Below are positions 29,088-41,198 of a stretch of 64,000 bases of DNA, one piece after another. The notes beneath the pieces were generated by a model. That model saw only the letters and a list, made by a program, of their open reading frames with translations, searched no databases and had not been told where the DNA came from. The position numbers and the translations under genes are program-made. The stretch covers positions 311,787-375,786 of the forward strand of contig CAXULY010000001.1 in the NCBI GenBank assembly GCA_964252075.1, written 5' to 3'. Each line of letters opens with the position of its first letter. Position 1 is the stretch's first letter. Source of the DNA: an uncultured Deinococcaceae bacterium (GTDB lineage: Bacteria; Deinococcota; Deinococci; Deinococcales; Deinococcaceae).

Positions 29088-29708
29088 TCAGGGGGCGTAG
29101 GTCCAGACAGTCGGCGCGCCTGCGGCGCTCGTGAGTGTACTGTTGGTCCCCGCGATCTGCACATGAACGACATTCCAGCCGGTCTTCAAGGTGAAGTTCA
29201 GGGTGGTGCTGAAGCTCCCGTTGCAGGACTGACTGCCACTGAACGACACTGGCCGGTCTGCGTACCACAGGGAGTCCACGTTCGCCTGATCTGCGCCAGA
29301 GTAAATCGCGCCAGCGTGGTTCCCAGCGATGATGACATTGATCGCGCGGATGCTCGCGATGTTCGCGTTCAAATCACTGGCGGTCAACGTGCCGGTACAA
29401 ATCGTTCCAGTGGGTGGGGTCAGTGAATCACCCGCGCGCATGAGGGCCGGCGCGATCTGGGTGGCTGTCGGCAGGGTCACGGTGACGGTGCCGTCAGGGG
29501 CGACGGACCCCGAGCCCACCTGGGCGCCGCCGCTCAGGTCCTCGGTCCGCAATTCCAGCGTGGCTTCGCCTTTGTTCCACCCAGTAACCTTGCCACTGAG
29601 GGTGGTGAGGCTGGAGGTGGAGTCGGGGGGAGTGCTGGTCTGGGTGCTGGTGCTTCCGCAGGCGGCGAGCAGCAGGGCGGCGGTGGAAAGCAGAATGGCG
29701 TTTTTCAC
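29088..29708 (-). CDS. Hypothetical lipoprotein (Ser/Thr-rich)
   Basis: Lipobox LAAC, Cys pair, C-terminal LKTGWN. Confidence 0.75.
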   Translation of the reverse strand: MKNAILLSTAALLLAACGSTSTQTSTPPDSTSSLTTLSGKVTGWNKGEATLELRTEDLSGGAQVGSGSVAPDGTVTVTLPTATQIAPALMRAGDSLTPPTGTICTGTLTASDLNANIASIRAINVIIAGNHAGAIYSGADQANVDSLWYADRPVSFSGSQSCNGSFSTTLNFTLKTGWNVVHVQIAGTNSTLTSAAGAPTVWTYAP

Positions 29709-29771
29709 GACTTCCGTAATGTACCAGCGCACCGCTTCACGTTGAGCGTCATTGTGGCGATAGTGGTGCGT

Positions 29772-30506
29772 ATGCGCCTTGTCATCTTCTCGGACGTTCA
29801 TGGGAACCTGCCGGCCCTGGAAGCAATGCTGGGAGATGCGCGGCCCTTCAGCCCGGATGCCTTCCTGTGTTTGGGGGACGTGGCGGCGATGGGGGCGTGG
29901 CCGCGTGAGTCCCTGGATGCGGTGCGCTCGCTGGGTTGCCCGGTGGTGATGGGGAACGCGGACGAGGACCTGCTCAGCCCGCGCGCCTTCACGCCGCGCG
30001 GCTTCCCGGACGAGCAGGAAATCCACGATCTGGACACCTGGGCGCGCGAACAGCTGACTCCGGACGACCTGGCCTTCGTGCGGACTTTCCAGCCGACGGT
30101 GGAGCTGGATGTAGGTGGGGTGCGGCTGCTGGCGTTTCACGGGAGCCCGGCGGGGAACCGCGATGAGGTGGGGGCGGAAACCCCGGAGCAGCGCCTGGGG
30201 GACCTGCGGCGCGCGCATGGAGGGCAGGGGTGGTGGGTGGGGGGGCACACGCACCGTCCGCTGCTGCGCACGCTGGATGGGTGGTCCCTGCTGAATCCCG
30301 GCGCGGTGGGTCTGGCGTTCGAGCAGCGCGGGGGGCGTTTCGTGAATGTGGCGCGCGCGGAGTACCTGCTGATGGACGTGGTGCGCGGTGCGGTGTCGCT
30401 GTCGTACCGGCGCGCGCCGTTCGATGTGCGCGCCGTGCAGGGCGCCATCCGCGCGCGTGGGTTGCCGCACGCGGAGTGGTGGGCGAACGAGTGGGTGGGG
30501 AGTTGA
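29772..30506 (+). CDS. Metallophosphoesterase
   Basis: SDVHGN, LGD, GNAD, FHGSP, GHTH, NPG. Confidence 0.9.
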   Translation: MRLVIFSDVHGNLPALEAMLGDARPFSPDAFLCLGDVAAMGAWPRESLDAVRSLGCPVVMGNADEDLLSPRAFTPRGFPDEQEIHDLDTWAREQLTPDDLAFVRTFQPTVELDVGGVRLLAFHGSPAGNRDEVGAETPEQRLGDLRRAHGGQGWWVGGHTHRPLLRTLDGWSLLNPGAVGLAFEQRGGRFVNVARAEYLLMDVVRGAVSLSYRRAPFDVRAVQGAIRARGLPHAEWWANEWVGS

Positions 30507-30543
30507 GTGCCGCAGCGGCCCGTCACGCTTCATAATGGCCCGC

Positions 30544-31254
30544 GTGAGCATTCACCTGAACGCCCCAGAGGGCCAGATCGCCCCGACCGTCCTGCTGCCC
30601 GGCGACCCGTTGCGCGCGCAGCACATCGCGCAGACGTTCTTCGAGAACCCCGTGCAGCACAACTCCGTGCGCGGCATGCTGGGCTTCACGGGCACCTACA
30701 AGGGCAAGCCGGTGTCGGTGCAGGGCACGGGCATGGGCATTCCGAGCGTCTCCATCTACGCGACGGAACTCATGAAGGATTACGGCTGCACGACGCTGGT
30801 GCGCGTGGGCACGTGCGGGAGCTTCCAGGAGCGCGTGCGTGTGCGGGACGTGGTGCTGGCGCAGGCGAGCAGCACGGACAGCTCGCTGAACAAGATGCGC
30901 TTCTCCGGGCGGGATTTCGCGCCCGTGGCGGATTTCGGGCTGCTGATGCGGGCGTACCAGGCGGCGGTCGCGCACGGCCTCACGCCGCACGTGGGGAACG
31001 TGCTGTCAAGCGACAACTTCTACAACGACGACCCGGAGGAGTTCCGCATCTGGCCGCGTTTCGGGGTGCTGGCGGTGGAGATGGAGGCGGCGGGCCTGTA
31101 CACCCTCGCGGCGAAGTACGGGGCGCGCGCCCTCACGGTCCTGACGGTCAGTGATCACCTCATCACGCACGAGGTGACGACGGCGGAGGAGCGGCAGACG
31201 ACCTTCAACGCCATGATTGAGGTGGCGCTGGAAGCGGCCCTCGCGGACCAGTAA
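30544..31254 (+). CDS. deoD: Purine-nucleoside phosphorylase
   Basis: [35 protein letters not shown]. Confidence 0.95.
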   Translation: MSIHLNAPEGQIAPTVLLPGDPLRAQHIAQTFFENPVQHNSVRGMLGFTGTYKGKPVSVQGTGMGIPSVSIYATELMKDYGCTTLVRVGTCGSFQERVRVRDVVLAQASSTDSSLNKMRFSGRDFAPVADFGLLMRAYQAAVAHGLTPHVGNVLSSDNFYNDDPEEFRIWPRFGVLAVEMEAAGLYTLAAKYGARALTVLTVSDHLITHEVTTAEERQTTFNAMIEVALEAALADQ

Positions 31255-31265
31255 GCGGAAGTGAG

Positions 31266-31299
31266 AGGGGCGGGGCCGAGATCGGCCCCGCCCCTTTTC
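31266..31299. terminator. Terminator between convergent deoD and rsmB
   Basis: aggggcggggccga-ga-tcggccccgcccc-tttt. Confidence 0.75.
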
Positions 31300-31306
31300 A
31301 CGGCGG

Positions 31307-32560
31307 TTACAGCTCCCGGCGCAGGCGCGCGATGAAGAAGCCGTCGAGGCCGCCCGTGGGGATGGTGCGGCGGCCCGGCCCGGCGGGAATGGCGACCACG
31401 TCGATTTCGGGGAGCGGCTCGGGGCGGAAGTCGCGGTGCGCCTTCAGGAAATCCGCGAGCACGCCGGGCCCTTCGGCGTTCGTGACGCTGCACACGCTGT
31501 ACACGAGGACGCCGCCTGGCATGGTGAGTTTCGCGGCGGTGTCCAGCATGCGGCGTTGCAGGGCGGCGAGGTCATCCACGCTGTCGGGTTGCAGGCGCAA
31601 CTTGATTTCCGGGTGCGCGCGCAGGGTGCCCGTGCCGGTGCAGGGGGCGTCCAGCAACACCATCGGGGACGGGCGCAGGGTGGTGGGCTGGCTGAGGTCC
31701 GCTTCCACGAAGGTGGCGGTCAGCCCGAGGCGCGCGAGGTTCGCGCTGGCCGCGCGGTGCTTGCGCGCGTCGATGTCCACGCTCGTGACTTCCGCGCCGC
31801 GCGCGGCGAGCATGGCGGCCTTCACGCCGCCGCCGCCCGCGAGGTCCAGCACGGGGGCGCCCTGCACCGGCCCGAGGGCCTGCACGCACGCGAAGCTGGC
31901 GGGGTTGATGGGTTGCGCGCGGCCTTCTCGGTACGCGGCCGTCTCGCGCAGTGGGCGCTCGAGGTTCACGCGATACACCTCGCCGTAGCCGCCGCGCACC
32001 TTGGTGCCTTCGGCTTCCAGTTCGCGCGCGCCTTCGCCGGTGAGCCACAGCCACAGGGGTTGCGGTTCGAGCTGGTCGAGCAGGACCGCTTCGGTGTCGC
32101 GTCCGTACGCGTCGCGGAACGTCTGGATGAGCCACTCCGGCATGGCGTAGGTGCTTTCCGGGGTCACTTCGGGCTTCTCGACGCGGCGCAGCACGGCGTT
32201 CACGAGGCCGGAGAGCCGCCCGAAGTCCTTGCGGGCGAGGGACACGTACTCGCTGACAGCCGCGTGCGGGGGCGTCCCGAGGATGAGTTTCTCGAAGGCG
32301 CCCGCGAGGAGCAGGGTGTGCACCCTGGGTGGCGTGTCGTCATTGATGAGTGGGCGCAGCGCGAGGTCGAGTGTGAGGTGGTGCCGCAGCGTGCCGTACA
32401 CGATGTGCGTGGCGAGCCCGGCGTCGCGGGTGCTGAGGGCGCTGGCCGAGAGCGCCTCGTCGAGCAGCGGCGCCGCGAAGGCCTCGCCCGCGAGCACGCG
32501 GGCGAGCACACGGACCGCCAGGGCGCGGGCGGGGTTGAGGGTTGGCCGTGGAGCGCTCAC
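31307..32560 (-). CDS. rsmB: RsmB/NOP-family RNA m5C methyltransferase with NusB-like N-terminus
   Basis: [25 protein letters not shown]. Confidence 0.85.
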   Translation of the reverse strand: MSAPRPTLNPARALAVRVLARVLAGEAFAAPLLDEALSASALSTRDAGLATHIVYGTLRHHLTLDLALRPLINDDTPPRVHTLLLAGAFEKLILGTPPHAAVSEYVSLARKDFGRLSGLVNAVLRRVEKPEVTPESTYAMPEWLIQTFRDAYGRDTEAVLLDQLEPQPLWLWLTGEGARELEAEGTKVRGGYGEVYRVNLERPLRETAAYREGRAQPINPASFACVQALGPVQGAPVLDLAGGGGVKAAMLAARGAEVTSVDIDARKHRAASANLARLGLTATFVEADLSQPTTLRPSPMVLLDAPCTGTGTLRAHPEIKLRLQPDSVDDLAALQRRMLDTAAKLTMPGGVLVYSVCSVTNAEGPGVLADFLKAHRDFRPEPLPEIDVVAIPAGPGRRTIPTGGLDGFFIARLRREL

Positions 32561-32609
32561 GGCACCAGCATAGCGGGGCGCATGAAACGGGGGCGTGGGC
32601 GCGCGGTCA

Positions 32610-33287
32610 TCAGCGGCTGTTGCGGGCGAGGCCGATGAAGCTCAACAGCTGCGCGAGCGCGATGGCGAAGCCCGCGATGTACGTGAGGGCGGCGGCGGTC
32701 AGGACGCTGCGCGCGCCGGGCACCTCACCGGCCGTGAGGAGGCCGCGCCGTCCCAGGTAATCCAGGCCGCGGCGTGAGGCGTCGAATTCGACGGGGAGCG
32801 TGATGAGGTGGAAGAGCACCGCGAAGGCGAAGAAGATCACGCCGACCCAGATGAGGCCGCTGAAGCGCAGCAGAAAGCCGCCCAGCACCAGCCACGGGCC
32901 GATGTTTATGCCGAGGTTGAGGGCGGGCAGCAGGCGCCCGCGCAGCGCCAGGACGGGCAGGTGCACCTTGTCCTGAACGGCGTGCCCGACTTCGTGCGCG
33001 GCGACGGCGGCGGCACTCACGCTGGGCAGGGCGTAGTTGTTCTCGGAGAGCCGCACGATTTTCTGGATGGGGTCGTAATGGTCGGTGAGGGCGCCGGGGA
33101 TGACTTCCACGCGGACGTTCTGCAGGCCGTGGTCGTCCAGCATGAGGCGGGCGACCTGCGCGCCGGTCAGGTTGCGGCTGTTGCGCATCTGCCCGAAGCG
33201 GCCGTAGGTGTTGGAGAGGTACGCCTGCACGGCCATCGAGACCAGCAGCAAGATGAAGATCAACCAGGAGTAAGGGCCAAGAACCAT
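32610..33287 (-). CDS. Membrane zinc metallopeptidase (YugP-like)
   Basis: [30 protein letters not shown]. Confidence 0.9.
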   Translation of the reverse strand: MVLGPYSWLIFILLLVSMAVQAYLSNTYGRFGQMRNSRNLTGAQVARLMLDDHGLQNVRVEVIPGALTDHYDPIQKIVRLSENNYALPSVSAAAVAAHEVGHAVQDKVHLPVLALRGRLLPALNLGINIGPWLVLGGFLLRFSGLIWVGVIFFAFAVLFHLITLPVEFDASRRGLDYLGRRGLLTAGEVPGARSVLTAAALTYIAGFAIALAQLLSFIGLARNSR

Positions 33288-33409
33288 GGGTGGTATGCCT
33301 CCACCCTCATGTTAGCGAACCACACTCAAGTTTTATGAGCAATCGCTCCGGATGGTCACACGGGCAGCAGGGCCGCCCGAAGTGGGCGGCCCTGCCGTGG
33401 TGCTCGCGC

Positions 33410-33721
33410 TCAGGCGACGGGGATGGTGGCGGGCAGTTCGCCCAGCGGTGGCTCCGCAACGTGGAAGCCATGAATGGTGAAGCGCACGGCGGTGCGCTCC
33501 TCTTCCTCGAGGTCCAGCTTCACGAAGGCGGGCTGGGTGCTGAGGTCGAGGTGGTCGGGAAGGATGTACCCGCGCGCAATGGCGATCGCCTTGACCGCCT
33601 GGTTGACGGCGGCGGGGCCGATGGCCTGTACTTCCACTTCACCCTCGCTACGGAGCAGTGCGGCAATGGCCCCCGCTACCGCGTTGGGCCGGGACTTCCC
33701 TGACACGCGCAATGTTTCCAC
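33410..33721 (-). CDS. spoVS: SpoVS-family protein
   Basis: LRVSGKSRPNAVAGAIA, QAIGPAAVNQAVKAIAIARG; RBS GGAGG. Confidence 0.92.
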   Translation of the reverse strand: METLRVSGKSRPNAVAGAIAALLRSEGEVEVQAIGPAAVNQAVKAIAIARGYILPDHLDLSTQPAFVKLDLEEEERTAVRFTIHGFHVAEPPLGELPATIPVA

Positions 33722-34078
33722 GAGCTTCTCCTCCAGAGACGATGGACTGCCTGACTGGGTTAAGTGTATCTTCAGAATCCTCACGCAGTCAATGGTAAGA
33801 GTCCAGATGACGTTAAGGGCTCGTTAAAACCAGCGCCAGAATATGTGTTCTATTCCAGCTGGAAGCAGAAAGAGGTCTCTGTCCTTCCGAGTCTTTATGC
33901 GCTCGGCCCCATATTCATGCGTTCCACCCTTCCTTCATGTGCGGTATGGACAGCGACCTGCACAGCAAAGTTGACTGTGTCTTAATCTATAGGAATACGC
34001 GAAGGTGTGCGGAGTACGCCAACTCCCCCACCTGTGCACCACGCTCACTTCCGCACGCTCAACCGCCAGGAGGCCGCC

Positions 34079-37000
34079 ATGACCCGTAGACCCCGTCCAA
34101 CCGTGCTCCAAAGCCTGTACCGACAAGCCGAGCGCGCCCGGCTCGAACCTCAGTTCCCCGGCAACTTCGACGAGATCGGCCATGACGCCTGCGGCATCAT
34201 CGCGCAGATCCGCAAGACCGGCGAGGCCAGCCACGGCAACGTGATCCGCACCCTGCAGGCCCTCACGCAGATGGCGCACCGCAGCGGCGAGGTGCGCGGC
34301 GAGGGCGACGGCTGCGGCATTCAGACGGACGTGCCGAAGCTGCTCTGGAAACGCTACCTCACCGAGGCCGGGCAGAACCCGGACCTCGTGGACACCGCGG
34401 ACTTCTTCGTGGGGCACTTCTTCTACCCGCAGGGCCAGAACGTCCGCGAGCTGCAGGACAGCCTGCGCGTCCTCGGACCGCGCTTCGGCGTGCAGGTGCT
34501 CGTGGAGCGCCAGGGGCAGGTCTACTCGCGCGCGCTCGGCCCCATCGCGCGCCTCACCGAACCGCAGTTCGTGCAGGTGGCGGGCCGCGTGACGGGCGAG
34601 ACGGCCAGGGAGCGCAACACCAAACTCTTCGAGCTGGGCCTGGAGCTGGAGGCCAGCCAGCCCGTGCACGTGGTGAGCCTCGCCACCTCCACCGTCGTGT
34701 ACAAGGTGCGTGGCAGCGCCGAGATCCTGCCGCGCTACTACCCGGAACTGAACCTGCCGGACTACATGAGCGTGTGCACCATCGGGCACAACCGCTACTC
34801 CACCAACACCCTCAGCACCTTCGAGCAGGTGCAGCCGTTCACCATGCTGGCGCACAACGGCGAGATCAACACCATCGAGCGCCTGCGCCGGGAGGGCACG
34901 CACCTGAACATCCCCCTCACGGGCGGCAGCGACAGCCAGGACCTGAACCGCGTGATGGCTGGGTACATCTTCGACCGCGGCCTCAGCCTGCTGGAGGCGG
35001 TGGAGAGCGTGTTCCCGCCCGTCGTGAGTGAGGTCAAGGCGTTTTCCAGCACCCTGCAGAACGCCTACGTGGGCCTGCGCGCGGGCGGCGGGCCGCTCGC
35101 TCAGGGTCCCGCCGCGATCATCGCCCGGCAGGGCAACGAGTGCGTCTTTTCCGTGGACGCGCTGGGCCTGCGCCCCCTGTGGTTCGGGGAGACGGAGAAG
35201 GAGTTCTTCTGGTCCAGCGAGCGCGGCGTGATTCCGCTCGGGCAGATGGTGCGCGACCCCGCGCCCTTCGCGCCCGGCGAGAAGATGGTGGCGTGCCTGG
35301 GCGGCGGCGGCCCCATCAAGCTGCACTACAACGAGAACGTGCAGCGCCTCGTGCTGGAGCGCGTGCACGGCAAGGGCTACAACTTCGAGGAGGCCTGGAA
35401 GCGCATTGAGGGGCCGCACGTGCCCGCCCTGAACGGCGAGGGCGCGCCGGCATTCAGCAAGGCCGCCCGTGCCGCCTTCGGCTGGGACCGCTGGGACGAG
35501 GAGTACATCAAGGCCGTCGCGGAGAAGGGCGCCGAGCCCATCGCGTCTCTCGGCTTCGATGGCCCCATGGCGGCCCTGCGCCCCGAGAAGCCGAACCTCG
35601 CGGAGTTCTTCAAGGAGACCGTCGCGGTCGTCACGAACCCCGCCATTGACCGCGAGCGCGAGATCGAGCACTTCTCCACCCGCGTGATCCTGGGGCGCCG
35701 CCCCCTGCCGGGCAGCAGCGACGGGCACAGCGTGGAACTGCTCACGCCGCTCCTCGCGGTGAGCCAGGCGGTCGCGGAGGAGTACAAGACCCTCACCGTG
35801 GCGAGCCTGAAGGCGGAATTCCAGGTGGCGGAGCTGGTGCCGAGCCTGAAGCCCGGCGAATCCGTGCTGGCCGCCCTCGCGCGCCTGAAGGCGGACGCTG
35901 CGCAGGCGGTGCTGGAGGGCGCCGAGGTGCTGCTGCTGGACGACACCGCGCTGTACGCGAACGGCGAGGCGGCGCTCGACATCCTGCTCGCGATGGGCGG
36001 CCTGAACCGGCACCTGACCGAGACGCGCCGCGAGTCGGACAGCGTGTCCCTGCGCCGCCTGACCAGCGTGGTGGTGCGCAGCGCACAGGTGCGCAACCTG
36101 CACGATCTGATGCTGCTGGTCGGCTTCGGCGCGGACGCCCTGGAGCCCGCCGCCGCCTTCGCGCTGCACCCCGCCGCGGAAGCGAAGATCGTCTCGGGCC
36201 TCACGAAGGGCGTCGAGAAGGTCATGAGCACCATGGGCATCCACGAGCTGCGCGGTTACGGGCAGGTGTTCAGCGCCCTGGGGCTCGCGCAGGACCTGCT
36301 GGACGAGGTGGGCGCGCGCGGCTTCTGGGGCGAGGCGCAGGGCTACGGCCTCGCGGGCCTGGAAAAGACTTTAAAGGCCCGCCTGGAGAAGTGCGCTGCG
36401 AACGGCGAGGCCATGGACCGCGACCAGCGCTTCAACCCGCGCGTGTTCAAGGCCGCCTTCAGTCTTGCGAACGGCGAAATCTCCGGCGAGGACTACAGCG
36501 CCCGCATCCGCGCGCTGGAGCAGGAGATGCCGCTCTCCGCGCGGCAACTGCTGGAGTTCCGGGCGCCCGAGGCGCCGAGCAGCGTAGACCCTGAGGACGT
36601 GGACATCGCCGTGAACGGGCACTCGCTGCCCTTCGTGATCTCCGCGATGAGCTTCGGGTCGCAGGGCGAGACGGCCTTCCGCAGTTACGTGGAGGCCGCA
36701 AAGAAGCTGAACATCATGGCGATGAACGGCGAGGGCGGCGAGATTCCCGCCATGATGGGGCACTACACGCACTGGCGCGGGCAGCAGGTGGCGTCCGGGC
36801 GCTTCGGCGTGAGCAGCGTGATGCTGAACAGCGCGCACGTCATCGAGATCAAGGTGGGTCAGGGCGCGAAGCCCGGCGAGGGCGGGCACCTGCCCGGCAA
36901 GAAGGTCAGCGCGAAGGTCGCGGCGGCCCGCCACGCCGTGCAGGGCGTGGACCTGATCTCTCCCAGCAACAACCACGACGTATACAGCATCGAGGACCTC

Positions 37001-38581
37001 GCGCAGCTCATCGAGGAACTCAAGACCATCGCCCCGCAGGCGAAGATCGCGGTGAAGGTGCCGGTCGTGCCGGGCATCGGCACCATCGCGCTGGGCGTCG
37101 CGAAGGCGGGCGCGGACATCATCACGCTCTCCGGCTTCGAGGGCGGCACGGGCGCCGCGCGCAGCCACGCGCTGAAGTACGCGGGCATGCCCGTGGAGTT
37201 CGGCGTGAAGCGCGCGCACCGGGCGCTCACCTCCGCCGGCATCCGCGACCGGGTGGAGCTGTGGGCGGACGGCGGCCTGAAGACGGCGCTGGACGTGGCG
37301 CGCATGGTGGCGCTCGGCGCGAACCGGGTGGGCTTCGGGACGCTCAGCATGGTCGCCATCGGCTGCACCATCTGCCGCGGCTGTCAGCTGGACACCTGCC
37401 ACGTGGGCATCACGACGCAGGTGGAGACGGAGGAGGAGGCGAAGGCGCACGGTTTCAAGCGCTTCGTGCCGCGCGTGCTGCCCACCGAGGTGGACCGCCT
37501 GCACGCCTTCTACAGCGCGCTGGGCGACGAGCTGCGCAAGATCGTGGCGGGCGTGGGCCTCACGAGCCTGACGGACCTCGTGGGCCGCAGCGACCTGCTG
37601 ACGGGCGAATCGCGGGACGTGGACCTGAGCGAGCTGCTCGCGCCCGTCGAGGAGCCCGAGGCGTGGAGCAAGATGGGCCGCCGCGTCATTCACCGCCCCA
37701 TGAACTACATGACCAAGATGGTCAGCGAGTGGGTGGAGGACGCCGTGCTGGACGACTCCGAAGAGGAAGTCATCTACCGCGATGGCCCGGTGGCGAGCGC
37801 CGAGCGCGCCCTGGGTACGCACCTTGTGGGGCAGCTCACCCGCAGCCCCAAGGGCAAGCCGCGCCGCGTGAAGCTGCACTTCGAGGCGGGCAGCATCCCC
37901 GGCAACGGCCTGGGCGCCTTCAACCACGCGCCCGTGGAGATCATGGTGGACGGCGGCGCGCAGGACGGCGTCGGGAAGTCCAGCCTGGGCGGCAGCATCA
38001 CGGTCCTGAAGGGCCGCAACCACCAGGGCGAGCGGGTGGACGGCAGCGTCGGCAAGAGCTTCGCGTACGGCGCGATCGGCGGGCGCTTCCTGATTCAGGG
38101 GAACGCGGACAGCCGCTTCTGTGTGCGCCTCTCCGGCGCGGACGTGGTGCTGGGCGGCGAACTCCGCACGCCCGTCGAGGACCACCTGGGCGTGCTCGCC
38201 ACCCGCGCGAACGCCAAGGGCTACGCTTTCGAGTACATGACCGCCGGGCGCGCCGTGGTGGTAGGTGACCCCGGCCCTTGGATCTGCTCCGGCATGTCGG
38301 GCGGCGTGGTGTACCTGCGCTGGTCCCCCAAGGACGGCCTGGACGACGAGGCGCTGCGCCGCCGCCTCGCGAAGGGCTCCAGCGTGGTCGTGCTGCCCCT
38401 GAACGCGCAGGGCGGCAGTGACGTGCGCGAACTGCTGGGCGCGTACCACAGCGCCCTCGTGAAGAGCGAGCAGCCCGCCGCCGCGCGCCGCATCGCGGAA
38501 CTCCTCGTGGACCCCGCGCAGCACTTCCGCATGGTGGTGCCCGCCGCGCAGGCGATGGACCAGAACGTCGCCACCGAGTAA
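34079..38581 (+). CDS. gltB: Glutamate synthase large (alpha) subunit
   Basis: DACG N-terminal nucleophile, HNRYSTNT, HNGEINT, AMSFGS, EIKVGQGAKPGEGGHLPG, EYMT. Confidence 0.95.
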   Translation: MTRRPRPTVLQSLYRQAERARLEPQFPGNFDEIGHDACGIIAQIRKTGEASHGNVIRTLQALTQMAHRSGEVRGEGDGCGIQTDVPKLLWKRYLTEAGQNPDLVDTADFFVGHFFYPQGQNVRELQDSLRVLGPRFGVQVLVERQGQVYSRALGPIARLTEPQFVQVAGRVTGETARERNTKLFELGLELEASQPVHVVSLATSTVVYKVRGSAEILPRYYPELNLPDYMSVCTIGHNRYSTNTLSTFEQVQPFTMLAHNGEINTIERLRREGTHLNIPLTGGSDSQDLNRVMAGYIFDRGLSLLEAVESVFPPVVSEVKAFSSTLQNAYVGLRAGGGPLAQGPAAIIARQGNECVFSVDALGLRPLWFGETEKEFFWSSERGVIPLGQMVRDPAPFAPGEKMVACLGGGGPIKLHYNENVQRLVLERVHGKGYNFEEAWKRIEGPHVPALNGEGAPAFSKAARAAFGWDRWDEEYIKAVAEKGAEPIASLGFDGPMAALRPEKPNLAEFFKETVAVVTNPAIDREREIEHFSTRVILGRRPLPGSSDGHSVELLTPLLAVSQAVAEEYKTLTVASLKAEFQVAELVPSLKPGESVLAALARLKADAAQAVLEGAEVLLLDDTALYANGEAALDILLAMGGLNRHLTETRRESDSVSLRRLTSVVVRSAQVRNLHDLMLLVGFGADALEPAAAFALHPAAEAKIVSGLTKGVEKVMSTMGIHELRGYGQVFSALGLAQDLLDEVGARGFWGEAQGYGLAGLEKTLKARLEKCAANGEAMDRDQRFNPRVFKAAFSLANGEISGEDYSARIRALEQEMPLSARQLLEFRAPEAPSSVDPEDVDIAVNGHSLPFVISAMSFGSQGETAFRSYVEAAKKLNIMAMNGEGGEIPAMMGHYTHWRGQQVASGRFGVSSVMLNSAHVIEIKVGQGAKPGEGGHLPGKKVSAKVAAARHAVQGVDLISPSNNHDVYSIEDLAQLIEELKTIAPQAKIAVKVPVVPGIGTIALGVAKAGADIITLSGFEGGTGAARSHALKYAGMPVEFGVKRAHRALTSAGIRDRVELWADGGLKTALDVARMVALGANRVGFGTLSMVAIGCTICRGCQLDTCHVGITTQVETEEEAKAHGFKRFVPRVLPTEVDRLHAFYSALGDELRKIVAGVGLTSLTDLVGRSDLLTGESRDVDLSELLAPVEEPEAWSKMGRRVIHRPMNYMTKMVSEWVEDAVLDDSEEEVIYRDGPVASAERALGTHLVGQLTRSPKGKPRRVKLHFEAGSIPGNGLGAFNHAPVEIMVDGGAQDGVGKSSLGGSITVLKGRNHQGERVDGSVGKSFAYGAIGGRFLIQGNADSRFCVRLSGADVVLGGELRTPVEDHLGVLATRANAKGYAFEYMTAGRAVVVGDPGPWICSGMSGGVVYLRWSPKDGLDDEALRRRLAKGSSVVVLPLNAQGGSDVRELLGAYHSALVKSEQPAAARRIAELLVDPAQHFRMVVPAAQAMDQNVATE

Positions 38582-38594
38582 GCCAAGGCAGGTG

Positions 38595-38631
38595 AAGCGA
38601 CGCCCCCAGTGGTGGGGGCGTCGCTTTTGTT
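38595..38631 (+). terminator. Intrinsic terminator after gltB
   Basis: aagcgacgccccca-gtgg-tgggggcgtcgctt-ttgtt. Confidence 0.85.
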
Positions 38632-38668
38632 CTATCGCGGGGAGGGCCGCGCGCCGTAGCCTGCACCC

Positions 38669-39016
38669 ATGCGACTCAACCACCTGAACATCGGCGTGCC
38701 GGACCTCGACGAGGCCAGCACCTTCCTCATCACGCACTTCGGGCTGCGCGAGGTGCACCGCCAGAAGGACTTCATCGCGATCCTGCTGGACGACGCGGGC
38801 TTCGTGCTGGCCGTCAGCCGCGACCCCGAACCGAAGTACCCGAAGCTCTTCCACATCGGTTTCCTGCAGGACAGCCGCGCGGAGGTGGACGCCCTGTTCG
38901 GGCACTTCAAGGAGTTGGGCCTCGTGAAGGGTGAGGGGCCGCGCCCCGTGCACGGCAGTTACGGCTTCTACTTCACCGCGCTCGGCAACGTGATGTTCGA
39001 GGTCGGCGCCCTGTGA
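38669..39016 (+). CDS. VOC/glyoxalase family protein
   Basis: LNHLNIGV, FHIGF, GFYF...MFEV. Confidence 0.85.
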   Translation: MRLNHLNIGVPDLDEASTFLITHFGLREVHRQKDFIAILLDDAGFVLAVSRDPEPKYPKLFHIGFLQDSRAEVDALFGHFKELGLVKGEGPRPVHGSYGFYFTALGNVMFEVGAL

Positions 39017-39061
39017 AAGAGGGCGGCGAGGACACCGCCTCGCCGCCCCTTCCCACACCCT

Positions 39062-40258
<1,197 letters not shown>

Positions 40259-40281
40259 GACTCACAGGGTAGCGGAAGCAC

Positions 40282-40317
40282 AAAAAAGGGAGTGGAAGGA
40301 AAACCCCTCCACTCCCC
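40282..40317 (-). terminator. Intrinsic terminator of pilin operon
   Basis: Minus strand gggagtggag..ttccactccc hairpin followed by T6. Confidence 0.75.
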
Positions 40318-40331
40318 ACGAATCACGGCCT

Positions 40332-41198
40332 TCAGTCAGCGGCGAACTTCTGGTTGCGCCCCACCACGTCCGTGGACAGGGTGCTTCCCGCGCCGCCCAC
40401 CACATACGTGTTGCCCCGGTACACGCGCGTGAAGATGGGATTCACGTTCACCTGCTGAACATCCGGGTTGGGCGGCGCATTTCCCGTCACCAGGTCCGTC
40501 ACGGTAAACGGGGTGACGTTCGGCGTGAGGTAATCCGCGAGCAGGTTGCTGCGCGCGGAGAACAGCGTCCCCGTCAGGCCAGTGAAGAAGTTTGCGTTGC
40601 ACTGCAGGATCTGCCCAGTGGTGATGGGCGGCGGATCGCCCGCCGGGACACAACCGGTCAGATTCGGGGGAATCACGCCATCGCTGACGAACGCGTCGTA
40701 CTGCATCAGCACCCAGGCGTTCGGGTTCTGGCTGTCGGCCAGCAGCCGGTTCGCGAATGCACCAGCGGTACCCGAAACGTAATTGCTGCGCATCACGGGG
40801 TAATACGCGTAGAAGTGATAGCAGCCGTCCGTCACGAGGGGCGACGTCGTGCAGTTCGCCCCCGGGCTCGTGGGCGGATCGAGCACCGCGACAAAGTTCG
40901 TGCCTACCGTGAAGGTGTTGCTGCCTCCTACTGGGTTGGCCGTCTGCCACACCGCCCCCGTAGAAGGCAGAGACAGGCTCGTGCCACTTGGGTAGACGTA
41001 CCACGCCTCCTGAATCCGGGACACCATCAGGTTCTGCGCGATCTGCGCGTCACTCAGGATGTCGTTGCGCACGTCCAACTGACGGGTCACGGTCAAGGTG
41101 TTGCCGAACAGGAAGGTGAAACCCGCCATCAGGATGCCCAGGATGGCCAGCGACACCAGCATCTCCACCAGCGTGAACCCCATGCTGCGGCGCGTCAC
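40332..41198 (-). CDS. Type IV minor pilin, PilW/GspJ-like
   Basis: Prepilin site RSMG|FTLVE; GTG start overlaps upstream stop. Confidence 0.85.
   Translation of the reverse strand: MTRRSMGFTLVEMLVSLAILGILMAGFTFLFGNTLTVTRQLDVRNDILSDAQIAQNLMVSRIQEAWYVYPSGTSLSLPSTGAVWQTANPVGGSNTFTVGTNFVAVLDPPTSPGANCTTSPLVTDGCYHFYAYYPVMRSNYVSGTAGAFANRLLADSQNPNAWVLMQYDAFVSDGVIPPNLTGCVPAGDPPPITTGQILQCNANFFTGLTGTLFSARSNLLADYLTPNVTPFTVTDLVTGNAPPNPDVQQVNVNPIFTRVYRGNTYVVGGAGSTLSTDVVGRNQKFAAD

Noticed and set aside
33410..33721. spoVS as evidence of sporulation
   Set aside because: SpoVS homologues occur in non-sporulating Deinococcus-Thermus; no other sporulation genes here
33937..34089. Cys-rich 50-aa ORF upstream of gltB as a leader peptide
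   Set aside because: Spans the likely promoter region, has no RBS, low GC3 and no Glu/Gln enrichment
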